This document shows, one piece after another, positions 56,062 to 64,000 of a DNA stretch of 64,000 nucleotides; position 1 is the first letter of the stretch, and every line of letters starts with the position of its first letter. Position numbers and translations under genes: made by a program. Source of the DNA: the human T2T-CHM13v2.0 reference genome, Homo sapiens; assembly GCF_009914755.1 (NCBI RefSeq), contig NC_060937.1; one strand, written 5' to 3'. The notes under the pieces were generated by a model. It was not told where the DNA came from and did not search any database. It worked only from the letters and a program-made list of their open reading frames with translations.

Positions 56062-56474
<413 letters not shown>

Positions 56475-57435
56475 TTCTCAAAAAGATTTTTAAATGGGGG
56501 GAAAAATACGTAAGATTCTCAAATGCCTCATCCTTAAGAAGATATTGGAAAATCAAATATCTAAAAATTAAATATATAAAACCTAAGCGGGCTTTATTGC
56601 AAGAATTCATAATTGGTTGAGCATTTACCATAATTTACCATATTTATGCATTACAAAATTGTATGATTATCTCAAAAGACACAGAAAAGGTATTTGATAA
56701 AATTCAGTCATGATATATATTATCAGCAAATGAAGAATAAAAGGGAACTTCCAAGGGCATCTATGGCAAACTTAAACAGCTAACATCATCTTCATTGTAA
56801 AAGACTGAACACAATCTTCCCCCAAGACTGGATACAAGAGAAGGATGCCTGCTCTTACCACTTCTATTCACCATGTGGTGGATGTCCTAGCATGTGCAAT
56901 AAGACAAGAAAAAGACATACAGATTGGAAAGTCAGTAGTACAACTGTCTTTATTCATAGACAATATTGTCATGTATGAAAAAATCCAAAAGAATCTACAA
57001 AAGAAGTTACTAGAATTGATAAGCAAAGTTTCAGGATACAAGTTCAATATACAAATATTAGTTGTGTTTCTATATACTGACATTGAACAATTGGATAATG
57101 GAATAAAAACATACCATTTATACTACCATTAAAAATAACATTCTAGTGCTAAATGTAACACAATATGTTCAAGACCAATATGCTGAACATTACAAAATAT
57201 TGCTGAGAGAAATTAAAGAAAAATTAAATAAATGGAGAAATAGGCCATGTTTGTGGATTGGAAGACTCAATATTTTTAAGGTATCTATTTTCCCCAAATT
57301 ACACTATAATTACACTATATAATTACATTATAGATTCAGTGTAATACTTAGCCAGCTCCATTTTTTTTTCTTTTTTTTTGGTAGGTATTGATAAACTGAT
57401 TCTAGAATTTATATGACTATGTAAAGCAGCAGAAG

Positions 57436-57776
57436 CAGCAGTCTCCAACCTAATTTTGGCAGCAGGAACTGGTTTTGAGGAAGACAATTTTTCCATGGAT
57501 GGGGCAGGGAGGGGGATGGCTTTGGGGTGAAACTGTTCCACCTCAGATCATCAGGCATTCGATTCTCATAAGGAGCACACAACCTAGATCCCTCGCATGT
57601 GCAGTTGACAATAGGGTTCGCACTCCTATGAGAATCTAATGCCATCACTGTTCTGACAGGAGGCAGAGCTCAGCCAGTAATGCTCACTTGCCTGACACTC
57701 ATTCCTGCTGTGTGGCCCAGTTCCTCACAGGCCATGGATTGGTACCAGTACATGGCTTAGGGACTGGGGAGCCCTG
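57436..57776 (-). mobile_element. MER1B
   Basis: Reverse complement of the element type at 196-532; 8-bp TSD ATGTAAAG at 57419-57426 and 57777-57784. Confidence 0.92.
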
Positions 57777-57879
57777 ATGTAAAGGACCTATAATATTCAA
57801 AACAATTTTGAAAAAGAAGAATTTGGAGAACTTACACAAACTGAATTAAAGACTTACTATAATCAAGAAAATGTGGAGA

Positions 57880-58503
<624 letters not shown>

Positions 58504-61500
58504 TTGGTGTTGGTATAAGGATAAATATATAGATAAATGGAATAGAATAGAGAATCTAGAAATAAACCCACACTTATATGGTCAATTGATTTTTTTTTTC
58601 CAAAAGTGTGAAGATAATTCAGTGGGAAAAAGGATAGTCTTTACAACAAATGTTGATGGAAGAATTTGGTATACATATGAAAAATAACGTTGATTCTTAC
58701 CTCATACAGAAAAATTAATTCAAAATGGATCACTATGTTAAATTCAAAAATGAAAATTATTGAGCTTCTAGAAGAAAGCATAGGATAAAATCCTTGTTGT
58801 CTTGGGAGGCAAAGATTTCTTAGGACACAAAACCCACTAACTGTAAAAAAATTATAAATTGTATTTTATCAAAAGTATTCTCTTTTGTTTTTGAAAAATG
58901 CCATTAAGAAAAAAGGAGATTGTGAGTTGTGGGACAGTTGGAACTTACCTACCTGGCTGTCCACGGCTTAAAATGATATAGCCACTTGACAATTTCTTAC
59001 AACTCAGGAATTCTACTACTCCCTGGTACAAAGTAAGGAACTACTGCTAGCTGCAACAAAATGGATGAATCTCACAGAAATAATGTTGAGCAAAAGAAAT
59101 TGGACACAAAAAGTATATACTGTATCATTTCATTTCTATGGTGTTCCAGAATAAAGCAAGAATTGCCCTATAATGATGGATGAGTGGTGACCTGTGATCT
59201 GGGTAGCCATGGGAGAATTGACTACATAAGGGTTCCAGGGAACTTTGGGGGATGATGCTTACATGACTGCATACATTTTTCCAAACTCCTCGATTTGTAC
59301 ATTTAAAATGGGTGTGTCCATTGTGTGAACATGAACATTGCGTGAACACCTAAATAAAATTCATTTTTAAAACAATATTTACTGATCCAGCACTAGAAGC
59401 TAAGCCTCCTGATTTCTAACACAGTATTTATTTTTACTTGCCCCTTTCCCCCAAAATAATATTGGCTCCTTTTCTCTCTATACTTCCTACCTCCCATGGG
59501 ATGGAGAGATGGAATGTGGGAGGCAAGGCCAGTGTGAGCACTGGCTCTGAGGTTTAGGCCTCGATATTCAGGAGAGTGGTGTAGGAGGAAGATGAACCAC
59601 TGGGTTTTAGACACATGGAGGCTTAGTTCAGGGCTTTGGGCCTCCCGGTTAGTTTGTTTAGTCTTGTTGATCTAGGAGGAGATCACACCAGATGAAAGGA
59701 TACAGTTGACTTTGGAGGAGGGTGAAGCAGAGCTGGGAAAAGAATCAGATAAGTCATTAGAGACATAAAAAAATAGAAAGCAATTTTATATATGCCATGG
59801 AGGAGAGGTTGTTAGGAGGTACTGAGGAAAGTGCAGACCTAGTGATCTTGGTAAAGTGAACATCAGATCCACAGCTTTGATGTCAGCATGGTTGGGAGTT
59901 GGGTGCTCTTGCCTACTTCCTCAGTGACTTAGGAGAGTTTACTTCATGTCACTCAGAGCCAGTCTTCGAAGATGGGGACAAATCATGGTTTATTAATTGA
60001 TTCTGAGATTCATTCTGATCATTCAATAAGAAAATGTATAAAATGTGCCTAGCACAGACCTGAATAAACATTAGTTTCTTATGTTTTATTAACAAATCAT
60101 ATTTTTCATCACAATATCTTAGCTAATATTATGTATTTGCTAAGTGGCAGGTGTTGTGCTCTAGGATTTGTATGGATTATCACATTTCATGCTCAGAATA
60201 GCCCAGTGAGAAAAAAACCTCTCTTTACACATGGGGGAACAGGCTTTGAGCACGAGGCGGCTTCCCAAGGAGACAGCATGTGCTGGGGTATGCATGAGCC
60301 CTGGTAGCATGGCTCAGTCTGTGCTCTCTGCCCCTTCTTAGAGAATAATTCCCAGAGGTAGAGGAGAAGCCTCCTAGTGGGGCTCAGGGAGTGGGAGACA
60401 GGAAGGAAAACAGCAGCAGATGGTAGACATTCTTTGAGAAAATTTGGAGGTAGAGGCAAGAAAGAAGTGAGATGCCAGATCAGGGTAGGATTTTCAGGAG
60501 AACCTTGAGCAGTGAGCTTCTTTTGGAGTTTTTTTTTCCTCAGGCAATGAACATAACTTCTAAAAGCCATTCAGCGTCATATATTTATTTAGTGATTGCT
60601 GTATGCTCTTAAAATTCCCCTGGTTTGTACATCGGTTGGGACATGGGCTCCAGGGAAATTGAGTCCGGTCTCATTGGCTTTGGCTTACAGTAGGCTGTTT
60701 GCCCAGGTAGTCCTGGCTCCAAAACAGCAGACATTGCACCTTGGAATTCTGACACTCCTGACAATGCTTTTGCACCTGTCCCTCTTTTTTGTTACTGTAG
60801 TGACATGTCCTGAGAAGATGGCTGCAGATGTCCAGCCCCCAATCCATCCTGCCTCATCTTGCCTGCAGCATTGACAACCATAGGCTGAAACAGAGAGGAA
60901 ATTCACAGGAACTAAGGCCAGGGACCTCCCAACCTCTCTCCCATACAGTTTAACAGACTGCAGAAAATGAACCCTGAATGGGCAGTTTTCATTTCCCATC
61001 AAAAGGTGGGAGGGAGAAAGAGCCTCATTCTATATAACTCAGAGGTGGTAAATTCACATCAGGCCCAAGGGTTGCTAGTGGTCATAAAGATAAATCCTGC
61101 ATGGACAGAGGAGGCTGGAATAGAAGTGCTGCCCTTGCTAATTGCACAGACAGAAGAAATCCCATGAATGAAAAGGGTTGCAGAGGAAATCATGGTTTAA
61201 TGTCATGGTATATAAGGCTGGGTGGATTGTGGGGAAGTTAAGTGTAATTTATAAGAGGTGAAACTTTTATCTCCATAAAGGGCCAGATTGAGCCTACCAT
61301 AAATCTAAATCTTCTCAAATAGCTATGATTATGTTGGTAATATGTTAAAAGATAGATAGATCTTTTTTTAATGCTCCCCCAATCCCCAATACCAGGCCAC
61401 TACTGAGTAGTTAACAAGATTTTTTTCCTGAATGTATGTAGTGAACTTCATAGATACCTGCATTTCGTTTCAATTTTCTTTATTGGGATTTTCATTTTTA

Positions 61501-61584
61501 TTTTAAGAAAAAAAGTGGTTCATTGAAAACATTGAGGTGAGCTTAAAATTATTCAGAACAGTTAAGACTGCTTAGTATGCTAAT

Positions 61585-61987
61585 GTGAACACAAAATATC
61601 TGAGACAGGTCTCAGTCAATTTAGGAAAGTTTATTTTACCAAAGTTAAAGATGCACCCATGACACAGCCTCAGGAAGTCCTGAGACATGTGCCCCACGGT
61701 GGTTGGGGGTACAGTTTGCTTTTATGTATTTCAGGGAGACATGAGACATCAATCAATATGTGTAAGATGTACATTGGTTTAGTCCAGTAAGGCAGCAACA
61801 ACTCAAAGTGGGGGTTTCCACGTTAGACATAGATAGGAGACAAAAGGTGGCATTCTTTTGATCAGCCTTCCACTGAATACACAATGTAGTCTGGCTTGAG
61901 TGTGGAGCCATTGCTAGGGACCGGCCCTCTTCTGCCCAGAATTTCCCTGCCTCCTGTCCCTATCAACAAGATTATTTTCCTTTCACA
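61585..61987 (-). mobile_element. MER4A-type ERV1 LTR, internally deleted and chimeric
   Basis: TCTGAGACAGGTCTCAGTCAATTTAG..GACACAGCCTCAGGAAGTCCTGA; ends ATTTTCCTTTCACA. Confidence 0.85.
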
Positions 61988-62271
61988 TTAGTTTGCTGAG
62001 GTTTTAAAATTACCTTTTCTACAGAGTTGTTTGTATAATTTGAAGGTTTTCTTAAATTCTTACTCATTTAGTGGTTGATGACTCCTGAGGTAGCCACATT
62101 ACTACTAACATTTAAAAAAACATTTCAAGTATGTTCTCAGGTTTGTAAATTAAGCTTTTCAAGAATTTAAACTTACAAAATATTCTTTAAATGGTTAACT
62201 TGTATATGATACAACCTTAGGAGTTTATTTTTTTTTTAATTCATTGTGCTGAGTCTTTTTTTTCTTTTAAG

Positions 62272-62345
62272 GTAATCCAGAAATAGACAACAAGAAATAT
62301 TACAAGTACAGCAAAGAGAAGACATTAAAGTGGCTGGAAAAAAAG
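62272..62345 (+). CDS. RNASEH2B: RNase H2 subunit B, exon 6 (74 nt); CDS continues beyond the window
   Basis: Acceptor tttcttttaag|GT, donor AAG|GTATAG; (G)NPEIDNKKYYKYSKEKTLKWLEKK; cumulative CDS 510 nt. Confidence 0.97.
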
Positions 62346-62864
62346 GTATAGTTCCTCTCTAGTGCCTTGTGGTAAAAGTAAAAATTCAGTTCTCTAAGAA
62401 ATTTTCAGAGAAGGCAGTAAGTCTGAATCCAGAGACCATCTTGTATATTCAGTGAAAAGAGGAAAATTGTGTAGAGATACCAAGTATGAGAAGAAGGCTT
62501 TGACTTTTTAATCCTCCCTAACTTCTGTATCTCTGAAGTTAGCTTTATGTTTTCTTGTGACCTGCATTCTCGTTTCTCCCTGCTCCTACTACGGAATGAA
62601 ATAATTTGTTGGTGTAGATTTGAGTCTTCCAAGTAAGAGGATACCAGGCTTGGCACTTGTTGGCCACTGTCAGTCCTGCAGGTGTCTCCAAGGGTGATGC
62701 TTACACACAGCCAGGCAAAGGGACCCAGGGACACAGCCAGGCAAAGGTGTTCAGGTTTAGAGGAAGTATGTCCTGCTCTCAGGGTCTGGACACTGATGAG
62801 GGGTCATCTTACAGGCAAACCCTGTATCTTAGTGATTCTAAGAATCTTGACCTAATGGATGGAC

Positions 62865-63163
62865 TGGGGCAGTGAATTTCAAATCAATTTAGTAGGTAAC
62901 AACCAGTATTTCTCTTGGAATGAAACAGATTGTGATGGGATGGGACGGGACAGGACGGGATGGGATGGGACGGGACGGACGGGACGTGATGGGACGGGAC
63001 GGGATGGGATGGGACGGGATGGGATGGGATGGGTTAAAATATAGCAGAGGAAGGGCAGGTATTAAGTATGGCTCTGTGAAATGTATTTATATGTGTTTAA
63101 GTATTGGGTTGCTGTATATTTCTTACTATGGGTTGTGATAAAAAAAAAACTTTGAAAGCCACT
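62865..63163. mobile_element. Charlie4z-like hAT element
   Basis: AAATCAATTTAGTAGGT..ACCAGTATT and TATTTCTTACTATGGGT..TTTGAAAGCCACTG. Confidence 0.6.
62934..63033 (+). repeat. (GGGAY)n pentanucleotide repeat
   Basis: ~20 units of GGGAT/GGGAC with a few variants, read directly. Confidence 0.97.
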
Positions 63164-63317
63164 GGTCTAAGGATAATATGTACTTTCACATTGATTAAGA
63201 ATCTCGCTAAACCATATAGAATAATGATAAAGTTTTTGCAAGATCAGTGGATACCAGTAGTTGTAGTACTGTTTCCTAAGATTCTCTTCCATCTTTTGTG
63301 TGAAAAGTCATGTTTGT

Positions 63318-63604
63318 CTGCATGTTCTCTCTCATAAGTGGGAGTTGAACAGTAAGAACACATGAACACAGGGAGGGGAACATCACACACCGGGGCTGTT
63401 TCGGGGGTTAGGGGCAAGAGGAGGGAGAGCATTAGGACAAATATGTAATACATGTGGGGCTTAAAACCTAGATGATGGGTTGATGGGTGCAGCAAACCAC
63501 TGTGGTACATGTATACCTGTATGACAAACCTGCATGTTCTGCACATGTATCCCAGAACTTAAAGTATAATAAATAAAAATAAATAATAATAAATAATAAA
63601 TAAA
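63318..63604 (+). mobile_element. L1PA 3' end
   Basis: CATGTTCTCTCTCATAAGTGGGAGTTGAAC...CCCAGAACTTAAAGTATAATAAATAAAA. Confidence 0.92.
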
Positions 63605-64000
63605 TTGTGTTTATTTGTCATACCATGTTACCAGGCTCATTGAAAGCCTGGGAAGCTGGAAATGAGTCCAGTAGAATAATCAGTCTCCTAATGTGCAAAG
63701 TAGTGGAAAGATTTAGAGTGCCATGTTTCATTTTTTATTTGTGATATAGTAGTAGTAGTATTCCATGTAGGCGAAGAATGAGAATAAATGCGGAGCAGAA
63801 TCCTTGATGTTTACTTTTGCTCTTAGCCAAGGAAAATGACATGAATAGCGAAGAGGAGTTTATACTTACTGATTATATTTCCTAGGAAGTGGGAAATTTA
63901 TATTATTCTATTTAGGAAGTTATTACATATAAATTTTGTGCCAGGTTCTATTGTAAGGGCTTTATTTACATATATTACCTCATTTAATTTTCACAGTAGT

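Noticed and set aside
56845-57132. Reverse-transcriptase-like ORF; also ORFs at 4799, 15623, 25481
   Set aside because: Disrupted L1 ORF2 remnants, not an intact RT system.
62859-63138. GRDG/MGWD repeat peptides; CRISPR-like periodicity
   Set aside because: Translation of a pentanucleotide microsatellite; no unique spacers and a eukaryotic context.

Overview
Primate (almost certainly human) genomic DNA from the RNASEH2B locus (13q14.3 by recollection). The + strand carries the CpG-island promoter (~28.55-29.7 kb) and coding exons 1-6 of RNASEH2B, the non-catalytic B subunit of RNase H2 (Aicardi-Goutieres syndrome gene). The spliced exons give 510 nt = 170 codons (MAAGVDCGDG...KTLKWLEKK), all introns are GT-AG, and the gene continues past the window. 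The upstream 28 kb is where the antisense lncRNA RNASEH2B-AS1 is annotated (from memory); I can see only candidate splice sites for it. The rest is typical interspersed-repeat DNA (Alu, L1, L2, MIR, ERV LTRs, hAT and Tigger DNA transposons), and nearly all ORF-track entries are repeat-derived or chance. I cannot demonstrate a new biological system. The best leads are: (1) a ~92%-identical 200-bp local inverted duplication with a junction hairpin inside an LTR; (2) an exon5/exon6 junction that regenerates a 5' splice site; (3) a possible exon 2-5 circRNA with an endless ORF, flanked by inverted AluY copies; (4) latent alternative splice sites; (5) a CDE/CHR-E2F-YY1-ETS promoter; (6) a very young AluYa5. 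Repeat boundaries and subfamily names were assigned by eye and are approximate.
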